This document shows, one piece after another, positions 41,008 through 55,150 of a stretch of DNA of 64,000 nucleotides. The notes beneath the pieces are model-generated. The model was given only the letters and a program-made list of their open reading frames with translations. It did no database searches and was not told the DNA's origin. Positions within the stretch are counted from its first letter, which is position 1. Each line of letters begins with the position of its first letter. Origin of the DNA: Octopus sinensis (lineage: Eukaryota). Position numbers and translations under genes: made by a program. The DNA lies in NCBI RefSeq assembly GCF_006345805.1, contig NC_043005.1:19158001-19222000 (forward strand), in the 5' to 3' direction.

Positions 41008-41498
41008 GAGTGAGAGAGAAGTGCATGCCATCAAAGTGACACTGGGGTAAAATATACGAAGCCCAGTATACCCATCATGACTTCGCGTCTGATAAGAGTA
41101 CACCAAGCACATGCATCACAACCATATGTGCGCGACATGGTGATCTCATATCAAGATAAATAGCACATGACCTCGCAAGTGGGGCCCAGTTAGAATTTCC
41201 TTCTGGTCGAGTAACCCATCCCGCTCAAAATGTCTCTGAATAAGGGTTGTTTAAGGATGTTGAACGAAACATCCATGTTTCCAGAGGTGAAATATTCAAA
41301 TCCCAAAGAATTCCTCTCAACACATGGCTATGATGCTCCCCCACTACTTCTGCTCGTGATCAGAGATGCACATATCGTCAACCACCAAGGGACATGCTCA
41401 ACAGGTTATGGTCAAACAACTGACAAGCAAATCTGTGATATTTGCTGTAGCCCATCTTTTATACCAAGACAAAACAATGTACATGATAACACTTCCAA
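41008..41498 (+). repeat. Interspersed ~490-bp repeat between (TTA)n arrays
   Basis: Its 3' part is homologous to 27530-27830. Confidence 0.6.
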
Positions 41499-41584
<86 letters not shown>

Positions 41585-41585
<1 letters not shown>

Positions 41586-41760
41586 AGGTAGCGAGCTGGC
41601 AGAATCATCAGCGCGCTGGACGAAATGCTTAGCAGTATTTCGTCCGTCGCTACGTTCTCAGTTCAAAATCCACCGAGATCGATTTTGCCTGTAAGATTGA
41701 CGTTGATGTAATCGACTCATCGCCTCCTCCTAATAATGCCTATCCTTGTGGCAAAATCTG
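41585..41760 (+). mobile_element. SINE family C copy
   Basis: ggtagcgagctggcagaatc...gaaatgcttagcagtatttcgtccgtcgctacgttctcagttcaaa. Confidence 0.7.
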
Positions 41761-42140
41761 AAACCATTATTATTATTGTTGTTGTTGTTGTTGTTGTTGT
41801 TATTCATACTTGGAACCCGCGATTGAAACAAACTGGTGAGTTTTCTCCAAATTTGCTCTTCTTTTACCATTTGCGTCTTCTGAAGTTGTAACTATATTTT
41901 TGCGGATGTATCGAGGTTTCCACTGAAAAATTTTTGCTGCTGAAATGCCTGTTCCGGTTATACATTCTCAATCGAATTTTCCCACAAGATGGCCAGCAGG
42001 AGAGTGGTCGTAGGAGAAAATGTTTAAATAAGGGAGTAGTCGTTGGAGAAAATGCATTAAGTTCCTCATACTTAAACGACCCCAGATATACCAGTTAACC
42101 CTGTCAGTTGTTATTATCATTATTATTATTATTATTATTA

Positions 42141-42191
<51 letters not shown>

Positions 42192-43659
42192 GGCGAATTG
42201 TCAGAATTATTAGAGCGCACAAAATACCTCGTGGTTGTTAGTTCCAGCTCTTTACATTCTATAACCATATCTCTCAGAGATATATAAATGTATATCATTT
42301 GATTATGACATTAGTGAGGGTAGTTGAAGTGGCTATAATACATGCGAATGTAAGGAGTGGCAAAATTGTAGAGGGCACACGAGGACTGTGAAGAAAGGAT
42401 AAGGACTACAGAGTAAAAATGAAAGGTAGTGAGGGCGAAGAAAGATAGAAAGAAATGTAGGAGGTTAGAGAGAAGGAACAGGAAAGACTAGAAAAAAAAA
42501 GGGGAATAAAAAGAAGAAAAATTGTGTACGAAATGAAGTGAGGTTTGAAGGAATAAGTAAAGGTGAAAAAAGAAAACAATAAAAGAGGAGAAAGAATGAA
42601 TGAAAGGAAGCTAGGCATGAAAGAAACAACATTTTAACAGAAAAGAAATAGAGTGAGTAGAAAATGAGAAAAAGAGATAGACACAGATGGGAAGACGAAC
42701 AGTGTAAACTGTGACGGATTTAGCTACATCAAAATACTGCATTCATTGATGGTGAAGTGAAAGAGAGAGTCTGGAAGTGAGGTCAGTTAACATAGGAAAG
42801 GGGAAGGGAGGGAGTTGATTTGTTGAAGAAAAGCAGACTTTAAACAGAGAGGGAAATGTGGGGGTGATAGATAATATATAAGGTGTGTGTGTGGGGTGGG
42901 ATAAAGGATAAAGCGGACGTATGAGGAGCTGGCACTGTAGGGGTAAGGTGGAGTATGCAGATAACTACAGTAAAAAGTATTTAGGGAATAAATAGATAAA
43001 TAAATAGGTTTGTTAAAATTAGAAGCAAATATTCTACAAAAGAATAAATAAATAAGTAGTTAGGTCAAAATTGATGACGAAAATTAATGGTATTTCGGTG
43101 TGAGCACGAGTCCATTTTATCAAAGCCCTTTATGTGACCTGTGTTCTATTTTATCAACTCCAGAAGAGGAGAAAGCAAAGTTTAACACCAGAGGGATCCG
43201 AAATTAGATGATAAAAAACCAGGGCGTTATATTCGGCGTTTCAACGATTAAACCGTAACGAAATAAGAAAATTAATAATAAATACTGGCTTCAAATTTTG
43301 GCACAAGACCAACATGTTCGGAGCGAGAACAGGGAATTAAGGCGACTACATCGACCCCCAGCGTTCAGCCGGTACTTTTTTTATCGACCACGAAAGGATG
43401 AAAGGCAAAGTAGTGGCATTTGGTGGCATTTGAACTCAGAACTGGAATCGATTTTTGTAATTTTTTTCAAGACTTATACACGCCCTGATACCGTCGGTAT
43501 CTACATATCAAATTTGAGCGCAATCGGATGGAGGATGCCCAAGATCCTAGAAGACATACACAGAGACAGACAGAACGGATTTATATATATAGGAGCAGGA
43601 GTGGGTGTGTTGTAAGTAGCTTGCTAACCACTCAGCCACTCCTGCGCCTATATATATAT

Positions 43660-43875
43660 GTGTGTGTGTGTGTGTTTGTGTGTCTGTGTTTGTCCCCCTA
43701 ACCATCGTTTGACAACAGATGCTTGTGTGTTTACGTCCCCTTCGCTTAGCGGTTCGGCAAGAGAGTCCAATAGAATAAGTACTAGGCTTACAAAGAATAA
43801 GTCCTGGGGTCGATTTGCTCGACGAAAGGCGGTGCTCCAGCATGGCCGCAGTCAAATGACTGAAACAAATAAAAG
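43660..43875 (+). mobile_element. SINE family B 3' module
   Basis: Reverse complement of the module at 11222-11430 (…ggcggtgctccagcatggccgcagtcaaatgactgaaacaa). Confidence 0.8.
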
Positions 43876-45568
43876 GATAAAATAATATATATGTGTGCGT
43901 ATGTGTGTGTGTAGTATATGCTACACACCCATACAAACATACATAACATACATAAACACACGCATATATATACACATATATACATGCCAGTTTTGTGTAT
44001 GTTATGTATCCATGTACGTCAGTCGACATACATCAGAATTGTTGATCTCCCAATTTCAGTATATAGATAGTGTGGTACTTAATGCAAACATACTAGCTTG
44101 ATTTCAAATGTTAGCACATAGCCAGAAGTTTTGGGAGAGGGGCTAAGTCGACTAGATCAACTCAAGTTGCTCGACTAGTACATTTGAACTCGGCGGCATT
44201 TGAACTCAGAGCTTAGAGGCAGACGATATGCCGCTAAGTATTTTACTCAGCATGCTAACGATGATGCCAGCTCGCCGCCTTAATCTCAACTTAAATATAC
44301 TACAAAATTCTGTTGTGTCTGGGGAGAGTCATTTTCTTTTTGTGCCTATTAATTTTTCTTTTTTTTTTTTTGTATGTAAGAATATGGATATAAAAATAAA
44401 CAGATCAACATACAGACGGATAGATACATAGGTTATAAGAACAGACAAGCACACATACGCAAATGGAGACTGAAACACATGGCCATATATACACACACAC
44501 ACTTTACTCCACACAAGGACACATATGGAGACACGGATCCACACATATAGAGATGTACATCCATCCATACATACAAACATGGTACATAGTTGCATAACAC
44601 ATGCACGCACAAGGAGACAGAAGTGCATACATATACAAACACACGCTCACACACACACACGGACATGCAAGCACATGAATATGAGATGCACACACATACA
44701 TACATATATACATATGCATACACACACATATATACATACACACATGCATACATACATACGTACATGCATGCATGCATAGGTACACATACGCACATTAAAC
44801 CACACACATGCGCACAAACAAACAAAAAGGAACGCAGTGTAAATAACGGACAGAGTCAAGACTATTGAAAAGGTTGCAAGACGCAACGAAAATTTTAGGA
44901 AAATAAAAATAAGAAATACGTGGAAATTTTACCGGTGAGAGTGTTAAGTTATAAGGCACAAGAAAGAAAATGACTCTCCCCAGACACAACAGAATGTGCT
45001 TCAACACACGAACTCACATAAAGAATCTTGCAAACCAAATCCCCAAAACGAAGTATACTACAACAGTTTTAAACTTTGCTTATTTTCACGCATCTTAGAC
45101 ATCAGCCAGTTCGAGCCAAGTTCTGAACTGAGCTTATAGAAATCTGATTCAGTACGAATATTTGCAATTCAGCATGCCATATCTAGAGCTTTATGCCAAC
45201 CACACTAATGCACTTCTTCTCCTTCTTCTTATTCTTCTTCTTTCTTTCTTTTCTTCTTCCCTCTCTTTCAATTCGTTTTATCAACTCATATACTGTTGTC
45301 ATATCTAAACGGATTACCGCTGAAAAATAATTCGACATTAAATCAAATTCTGTTAATTATACAGACTTTGCCTACATGATATTTATCGCGCTCACTCCAA
45401 AAGATGGACACATGCATATCAATGTTATTAATAACGATGAAGCTCACAGCTTGACGATGGCTCTAAACGGCGAAACCTCAGAATTTCTCTATTCTATGAA
45501 AAATAATCCATATCCTAGATTTATATTGAGTATTTCATCAGATAACATTTGATTGTCTTCATATACAA

Positions 45569-45644
<76 letters not shown>

Positions 45645-45690
45645 TGTATATATGTATGTACATATATAAATGTATATACACACAGCCACA

Positions 45691-45807
45691 CGCTTATCTG
45701 CAAGTCTTTGCGGTCCAAATCAGAGGTGCAATCTATGTGGGTGTCTTTTCAGAACATCGACTGGTTTAAAAAGCCACATCAGACACCATGATGGTGATAA
45801 GGTGTAG
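45691..45807 (+). other. Isolated C2H2 zinc-finger-coding fragment with stop codon
   Basis: RLSASLCGPNQRCNLCGCLFRTSTGLKSHIRHHDGDKV* fits C-x2-C-x3-F-x5-L-x2-H-x3-H exactly (45727-45789); no start codon or partner fingers; follows a (TA)n array. Confidence 0.6.
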
Positions 45808-46190
45808 ATACAGGAGGCGTGTGTGGTGTGACAGGTACACACAGCACCACTCACACGTACACACATATATGAATTTAACTGTTTGATGTAAATGAGACTT
45901 GTAACTTACAATCACATTTGTGTATAATATTGAAGGTTAGTGTGGGATCAATAGGATGCCGAAAGGAAAATTAACAGGTGTTGAATACGCGAAGTTTGTA
46001 CTTGTACACAACTGTAAACTCTACGTCTTCACTGGGCCGGAAGGGTCGCTGATAATATTACATGCACATACATCTAACCATAAGGGTTTTGGCAATCACG
46101 TTAATTAATATCAGATACCAAATATGTCAAGTAGAGAGTAAATTAATTCATTCAATGATGACTCTTACGCTACTGTAATGTTGCAAACTT

Positions 46191-46233
<43 letters not shown>

Positions 46234-46552
46234 TGTGTGTGTATGTGTGTGTGTGTGTGTGTGTATGTGTGCGTGTGTGTGCATGATCAAGCTTCAGAGC
46301 AATCTCTGTCCATCAAATTGAATTTATAAGTTCATCCAATGGTTGCAGGAGATAACATTCATGTGAGGAGCCCTAAGGATGTATGTATAATCGTTAGCGC
46401 TTTCATGCTTTTCGCAGGCTCCAATCTTTAAACTTCTCGTATAGACGGCGCCATTGTCTTCTAGGGTATTTGTAGATCAAAATAAACTCTTTATTATGCT
46501 TCTGATCTATATTTAGCAAACACTTACAAGATAGGTATATAGGGAAACATTG

Positions 46553-46619
<67 letters not shown>

Positions 46620-46674
46620 ACTCTACGTTCAGATCCCACAGTAATCAACTTTGTACACACACAAATATTATATG

Positions 46675-46744
<70 letters not shown>

Positions 46745-46791
46745 ATATATATATGTCCTTAGTCGAAAGACACCTGTTATTATTATTATTA

Positions 46792-46843
<52 letters not shown>

Positions 46844-47329
46844 GTCCATTTTTTTCCGTGCTTGTTTTTGTGTACATTTGCTGCTTTCTTCCAAGGAATC
46901 TAACGCTCTTAGCTTAGGTAGCGTAGTCAGACCCATATATATATATATTATATATATATATATATAGCGTGTGTGTGTGTATATGTGTGTGTGTGTACGA
47001 AGTTGAGTCCGGCGTTATTTGAACTCAGAATGTAAAGAACCAGAAGAAATAGAACAAAGTAATTTGTCCGACCTTTTAGTCTGCCACCCAGGATCACTGT
47101 CTTAATAAATCCGTTCCCTCTTTGGTACAAGGGCAGCAGATTTTAAGGGTGGAGGAGTCAATTGCATTGACCCAACTACTCAACAGGTACTTAATTTATC
47201 GACCTCCAAAAAGTGAAAGGCAAAGTCGATCACGATGGAATTTGGACTCAGAACGTAATGGTGGATGAAATGCCGCTATGTATGTTGTCCGGTGTGCTAA
47301 CGATTCTGCGAGCTTGCCGTCTTGATAAT

Positions 47330-47898
47330 ATCTTAATAAAACATAGTTTTAATGAAATGTTGAAGAGATACGATCTTGGATGAGTGGATTGTCATTATGC
47401 TGACAAAATTGATTCCTTTTTTGTTCTGAAAGAAAATCATTCCGTATCTTTTTGACCATTCTTTTAACAATTCTTTGACCATCTTTTGCGAAACATTAAA
47501 AACGTCTATGACAATATCCCGATCGACATTATTCGTTATAAAAATGAATGTAATAAGTACGATGAAAAATTTCCGAGTTTTTGTGTAGCCTACAGATCGC
47601 AAATATTTTGGATGATATTCTGAAATGTGAGTTGAGTCGTATATCTTGTAACATTATTACATCCTTGTGCCAAGCTGTTGAATGAATGGAGATTTGCATC
47701 ATCTCTTTGCTTTTTGAACCCCAAGATTATTCTAAAAAATAGCATTATGAATAGAATCATGGTATCTGCTCTCAAAAATGTCTCTCTACAAAGTTGCATA
47801 CGATTGATTCTTGAAGGGATGCTCTCGGACAAACAGTTAAAACAGACAACCTTCAGCTTATTGGTACGTATATGTGAAATGTGAGTGTGTGTGTGTGT

Positions 47899-47965
<67 letters not shown>

Positions 47966-48480
47966 AAGAGAGAGATGCATACAATGGCTGGCCGAAACCC
48001 AAAAAGGTAAACACAATGAAAAATTCAGTGAAGGCCTGTGTCAGCGGGGGTGATAAGCTCTCTGAACACCTGCTGCAAGAGTCACCCATTGTTGCCACAT
48101 CTGTGCAAAAGAGTGTTGGTGTGTCTCTAGTAGGAATGAAAGTCACATCCATGCTGTTCGTGTTGAAGAGGATAATCAAACAATGGCATTAATCAAAGTC
48201 GAGTTGCAGCCATCAAGTGTAAGTGCTTCTGAACACGTTTATATCTATTAGGCACTTTAATTTTAATGCACAGATGGAATACTTTATAAACATGTTTGTG
48301 TGTATGCTCGTATTTGAGCTTGGTGCATATGCTCTAATTCTTCTATTTGGAAGATATAGAAAATATAGTTGTAGTTGCTGTTTAGGGCCAAAGTAGCTTA
48401 AATTGATTAAAATAGTAGAAGCTATGCCAGCTGTGACCATTCCAGTTTTCGCAGTAAAACCGCATCTGGAATTGCGTTGT
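47330..48480 (-). mobile_element. Degenerate CR1/Jockey-like LINE RT fragments interrupted by GT/GA microsatellite
   Basis: RCSESLSPPLTQAFTEFF (C...L..PL..IF motif) and FIFITNNVDRDI...LLKEWSKRYGMIF (IND...W...M.FN motif). Confidence 0.45.
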
Positions 48481-50130
48481 TAGAGATTAATGTTGCACAT
48501 AAATTCGTCTCATTATCCATTTGAGTTCCCTTACTTGAGTTCCCTTGTAGACGACTGAAATCCGTCTACAATTGTCCCTTGTCTAGAAGATCAAACTTCC
48601 CTTCTAAGAATGTAAATCAACCTCAAGATTACTTTCTGACAATATCTCTTTGTCTTTAAGAGATGCTAATAATTTCAAGTAGGTGTTTTCAGTTTCCTTT
48701 CCGACTGAGACTTCCAATTAATTAATTAATTAGTTAATTTAGAATCACCTGCATATGGCATAAAAATATCGCCTGTTTAACTTAATTATCAAATTGTATA
48801 CCATTGGTTTATTTGAGTTATTTTATCTAGTTCAAATTTTCAATTAAATATTGTTAAGCATGACCCCCCTCTCAATAAAATAGACATATGATTTTGAGGA
48901 GATTTAGCTGCTATTTGTTGCTTATAATTTCTCACATTGGCTCTGCGAATCTAGCAGACAATAATTCTTTAGTTAATTGGTTTGTTTCATCCATCAGAGT
49001 TAAGACCAGAGAGAAGCATTGCATTCAAAAGGTTGTGTTTCGGACCTCAATTCACATGAGACATTTGAGAATCTAACAAAGCTATACTGCATGTTGTTAA
49101 CAGCAATTAATTTCAAGAAAACGTCAGATGCAAACATAAATAAAATAAATATAAATAAATAAAAGAAGCAGGTAATATGGTAATTATGCTGTCTAGACGA
49201 ATACTCATTATTCTGGTCGTCTTTCGTCCAGTCCGTTGAATTGCTTGATTAAAGATAGTCAGGTTCTTTAAATCAAGATACTCCAGGAGTTTATATGGAC
49301 ATATTTTGTTGGATTCTGTTTTTCTTTATATTATTTTATCGTTTTGTTTTTGTTTTAATGGCTGAGTCAGAAAAGAATAACTAGTGTTTTTAACACTTTC
49401 CACGACCTCTGAAACGTGAAAGAAGGTGGGGAGGAAGTTATCCTCAATCCGGAATCGTATTCCGAAAACTTACAGGACAGTGGACACTGCTAAATGCATC
49501 CAGTACTCAGGAGTTGCGTTAAACCGGTGGACTGATTAGATCTTTCATCCAAGAAGGTAGCTTCTGAAACATACACCCAAGCGATAGAAGTGCGATAGAA
49601 CGCGAGGCAATTTAAACTCACTGTTTTGTTATCTATTCTAAACGTTGAGGCCTACTTAGAACTGTATGAATCTAAATTGAATTATTGATATTTTTTAATG
49701 CCCCTTCATAAGGGCTCCGAGATTGGTGTGTAGAAGAGAGGACCTTGCCTGAATGCTTGCAACCGAGGGAGCTCCATTAAAGGCATCCAAAGTGTGAAGC
49801 CTGTCATTCAATTAGCCCATGGTGGGATTTAAATTCAGGAATCAAAGAACTGCAATAATTACTAGAATAATTAAATGCTTTGTGAGAACATTTGGTTGAG
49901 GTAAACTGTATGGAAGTGCATCGCATATGGATATTTGTATTTGTCATCCCACCACTTGGCAACCAGTGTTAGTTTGTTGGCATCCCCTTAATTTGGCAGT
50001 TCGGCATATGAGACCGAGAGAATAAATACCAGACTTAAAAAAATAAGCATAAGTATTCGATTTGTTCACCTAAAACCTTTCCAGGCGGTGCCCCAGTATG
50101 GCCGATGTCCAATGACTGAAACGATTAAAA

Positions 50131-50175
<45 letters not shown>

Positions 50176-50970
50176 GATAGATAGATAGATAGATAGATAG
50201 ATAGTGGTAAATTGGGTGAGATATGATGCCATCTTCCTACACATGCGTGTAGACCGTCTCAGTTCCTGGTTGGTACGCCTAGAGTACAGATGCGCTCATC
50301 GGACTTTCGTTTTCAGGCAAAATGACTGAATGCATCGAGCTGAGACCATAAAGCCATGTCCCATCATCAGTGCTGATGATATTCACGATGTGTGGGTTGT
50401 TGTGTGCATAGAGATCCCCCCACGCTGTTTTGCTACTTCTGTTTCGTTAGCACCTTGGGGGCGAATTTCGCTGACGCCCTCCGATTATGTAAGAGTAGGA
50501 ATATAAACAATGTGCTCGAGAACAGTTAAAGAGGGTACTCAAAGTGTACATTCTTTAGCGTCTGTTGAAAAGAAATGCACCCAGTTCTCGGTAAACTATT
50601 TCAGTATTAATATGCTAATTTTACAATATGAATTATTGTCGTCGGGTCTTGTACGTCGGTTTACGAGTATAAGAGAGAATTCATGTAGAGACTTTTGCGC
50701 TGATATTGTTTTCACTGCCGTTAAGAACATACGAAATACATAAGTATCGGACAAACAGTTTTGAAATTTAAAGTAATGTCGAAACATTGATTTAAAAAAA
50801 AAATGTTTGCATGGATTTCTTTTAAGCCTCACCTTGCGAATCCGTTATTATGTTTTTCTAAAAATGGAAGATCCGTTTTCCAACTTTTAATTTCTGAATA
50901 TCAGCTTCAGGTTCGGCATACTATTTACTTTTTGGTTAAAATGAATTTAATTCATTTTTTTTTTATTAAA

Positions 50971-51178
50971 TCTCGTCTCTGTTCTTTTCCCCGTGTTTGT
51001 AATAAATACTTTTTCGAGTAAATATGAGATATGGAAGCATATGATGTTTAGCCTCCAAAAATCTTTCAGATAATAATAGAAAAATTAATTGATCGACAAC
51101 TGCAGATCTATCAATCTGTCAATCTATCTATACACACACACACTCATATATATATATAATATATATATATTATATATA

Positions 51179-51277
<99 letters not shown>

Positions 51278-51279
51278 TA

Positions 51280-51347
<68 letters not shown>

Positions 51348-51364
51348 GTATATATATATATGTA

Positions 51365-51454
<90 letters not shown>

Positions 51455-52257
51455 CTGTTTGTATGTGAGGAGTACGAATATATCTTAGTTGTATTTGTAA
51501 TTAAATGTGTATCATTAATAAAACTGAAAATAAGCTAAAAGCATATTAAATTTCCAGAAAGTGAAAATGCAAATGCTTTCAAGTGGAAATAAAATAAATC
51601 TATGCTCTTCAAATTTAATTGAAAAACATTATTTCTATACAAAAAAGGCAAAAAAAATTGTATTACATCAGCAAATCTACTATCGGCAATCAATTGCTGA
51701 TTAAATTTTTTAAATCCTTAAATTTAAAAAGGAATAAAATTAAAAGCAATTTTCTTATCGTTGAAGATAAAGTCATAAAACGCCGAATTCCGTTTAAAAA
51801 GCATAATAATAAGAAAAAAATGTATACTATTGCGTATATTTTTCTTTTTTCTAAAAGAGATATATTTCTGATGTTATTTTTATTGTTGATATACATTGCA
51901 CTCATCGTAAAGTAGAAGAAATAATATAATGGATATATTTTTGTACTCACTTGTTAGTTCATTTCTAAAAGTGTTTGCAACAGTGACTGAGGAGAAATAT
52001 ATTTTTGAAGGAAATGGAACTGAGGTAATTAGAAGGCGAACCATGTCAATAACAGAATGAAGCGGTACTTTGAAATAAGATTTTTATAAAGAGATGGGTA
52101 GAGAAGAAAGAAACATAAGCTAACTCGCTCATCTCTCTGTTTTCTCGTCTCTCTTCTTTTCCCCGTGTTTGTTATAAATACTTTTTCTAGTAAATATGAG
52201 ATATGGAAGCATATGATGTTTAGCCTCCAAAAATCTTTCAGATAACAATAGAAAAAA
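50971..52257 (+). repeat. Pair of ~115-bp direct repeats (50971-51085 and 52143-52257), offset 1172 bp
   Basis: tctcgtctct.ttcttttccccgtgtttgt.ataaatactttttc.agtaaatatgagatatggaagcatatgatgtttagcctccaaaaatctttcagataa.aatagaaaaa; about 4 mismatches. Confidence 0.85.
51145..51455. repeat. (TA)n array
   Basis: Direct reading. Confidence 0.95.
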
Positions 52258-52321
52258 AAAATCAAAAGCGAGGGCAAAGGTATACCACAACATCATTCAA
52301 TCTGGCTGTTTTACCAACTAT

Positions 52322-52650
52322 GTCGAATATACAGATGGTTCACCCTGAGACTATGAAGAAAAGTGTTGAGCTTCAACTGTGAGCTTCAAATTGTACAATA
52401 TTCAAATAACATAGAGTACCGGGAAAGATAAGATTCTTATACTCTGCCGAAGAAATATCATGGGAAAACGATTTTCACCTTTGTCCATCGAATCTAAAAC
52501 TATTTCAATCAAGAAAAGAAGGTCGGATTTTAAAAAATTTCGAGCGCTCTCTGAAAAGATTTTTTTTAGTAGAAAATGATAAACAAGTAATAATTATTTG
52601 GACACCAGGGCATACAGATATTAAGGGAAGTAGGAAAGTAGATGGGTTAG
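52322..52650 (+). mobile_element. Retroelement-type RNase H relic
   Basis: YTDGS at 52328-52342 and VIIIWTPGHTDIKGSRKVDGL at 52587-52649 (consensus WVPGHxGIxGNExAD), with stops and frameshifts between them. Confidence 0.65.
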
Positions 52651-53633
52651 AATCAAGAGATAAATTATCGAATTTTAATCTCCCGTTATTTCAGCCAAAA
52701 CTATCAACGTATAAAATCTACCAGATAGTGAATAAGGTTCGATTGACTTCTATGTTGTCGCATATCAGTTCGATGAAGACTTCTGTATCTGATACGGTAA
52801 TATACGATGTGGGAGCAAATTAACTGCTATTTTGTGCACTTTGTGTATCTACCATGCAGAGACCTCTTTGTTAAGTTGTAAACAGCATTGGTATTATAGT
52901 GGATTGGCAACTGTGGTAGTGGCATCAGAAAGGTGAAAGTGAAGCTACATACAACCTGTCAGTCGGATGGTTGTTATAACGTATATCCGTGAAATCATAG
53001 AATATTTAAGGGTCAGATAAACGATAGATTTCCTGTTGATATGATGCCAGATTATCAATGATGGCGTTTCCACGTGATCTGGTTAATATTCCTGTCTGTT
53101 AAATCGAGTTAGGTAATGTAGTGTTGTGTAGAGAAGCATAATGAACCAACGGCAGTGATAACGATACACATGAGTCACGACTAAGGTACTGCAATCAGTT
53201 ATTTCACCTTTATTTATAACCAGTTGTTGAGTAAAGTTTTCCAGCTAGTCAGTTGCTTTATTTTGGTATGTAATCTGGAATGAATGATTACATAGCAACA
53301 ACATCATCGCCATCATTATCACTCCACCATGCCCCGCCACCAACAATAACAACAATTGCATGGCGCTTCCCCCTCAAAAACAACAAGCTACAACTCAATC
53401 GCCATCATTCCCCACACTTCTAACACCTGAAGAAACAACATCCCCATCACAGCCATCATTAACATCACCATTTCTACCACCGACAATACCACCATAGGCA
53501 CTAAGTCACAGACAATATAAAACATGAACTTCTGTTAGATTTTTCTCTATTCTTAATGATATGGGGCGCCAACTTTGAGATGTTATTAGAATATATCACT
53601 TGTTATTATGATATTATTATGATACAGTCTAAA

Positions 53634-54268
<635 letters not shown>

Positions 54269-54589
54269 GGGTTCAAAATGAGCGACGAAATGCCAACACA
54301 GAAAGCAAAGTGAAAACGTGTGCTGATTTGTTTCACAGTAAATGAGATGTATGAAAGTTAAAGTGTTTTGATCTTTCGTGTTGAAGCTCTTCTTCAGACA
54401 GATAATAGGAAAGTTGTAGATGAAGGAAAGCAAAAAAGTGAGTAGCGTAGAAATATGCGTTCGCCCGTGTCAATTCACAGTCTAAAAGAGGAAGCTATAC
54501 TGATAATGCTCAGTAAATTTGTCAGGTAAGTGTTGCCTGCTCTACCCAATATATAGGCAGCTAAAGACGAAGCATTTTAAACAGTAAGA

Positions 54590-55150
54590 TTGGTGGAAGT
54601 GCTGGTGAAGGAGTCGCTTATACTGGGGAAAAATTTATGGTGGAGTCCGGTGAGGAATACGGTAGAGAGACGAGTAAGGTGTGGAAGCCGTAGTCAGCGC
54701 AAGGAAGGGACTTAGGTTGGGTGCGAGGGGTAGGGAAGAAAATACAGACGAATAAGACACGTCGATACAAGTGCAGAAGATATAGGAAGGTGCGGTCGGA
54801 TGGGAGGATTTAGAATGAGTTTAGGATAGTGTGCTGGAGGAAAAGGATGGAGGACTGTTAGGTGAAAAGTAAAGGAATGCTTGGGGAGGACGTGGAAAGA
54901 AATTGGAGGTGCATTTGACTTCACAGTTGCGAGTGAAAATGTCTTAGATTAGGGTGAGAGCATATCGCATCGAATAAATTGTTGGACCCTGTACTGAGAT
55001 TGTGATTGCTGCTACAGAGACTGCGGAGGAGATAGAATTGAGTAGGAGTGGAAGCAGATGAAATTAGCAGAAGGGGCAGTTAGTGACTTTGGGAAAAGTT
55101 AAAAGTGGTGAGGGGGATTGCGATGTGATATATTGTGGCAGATATGTCGA
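54590..55150 (-). mobile_element. Penelope-like RT N-terminal relic
   Basis: ISFHVLPKHS (FY.LPKIHK-like) and PPIRP..PISSALVSTCLI (PGRPIVS..CPT..IS-like); purine-rich plus strand like 33590-34110. Confidence 0.55.

Noticed and set aside
49465-49545. Possible minus-strand exon ending ...HLAVSTV|gtaagt
   Set aside because: Donor is phase 2 in that frame, there is a stop shortly upstream, and there is no TM1 or Asp.
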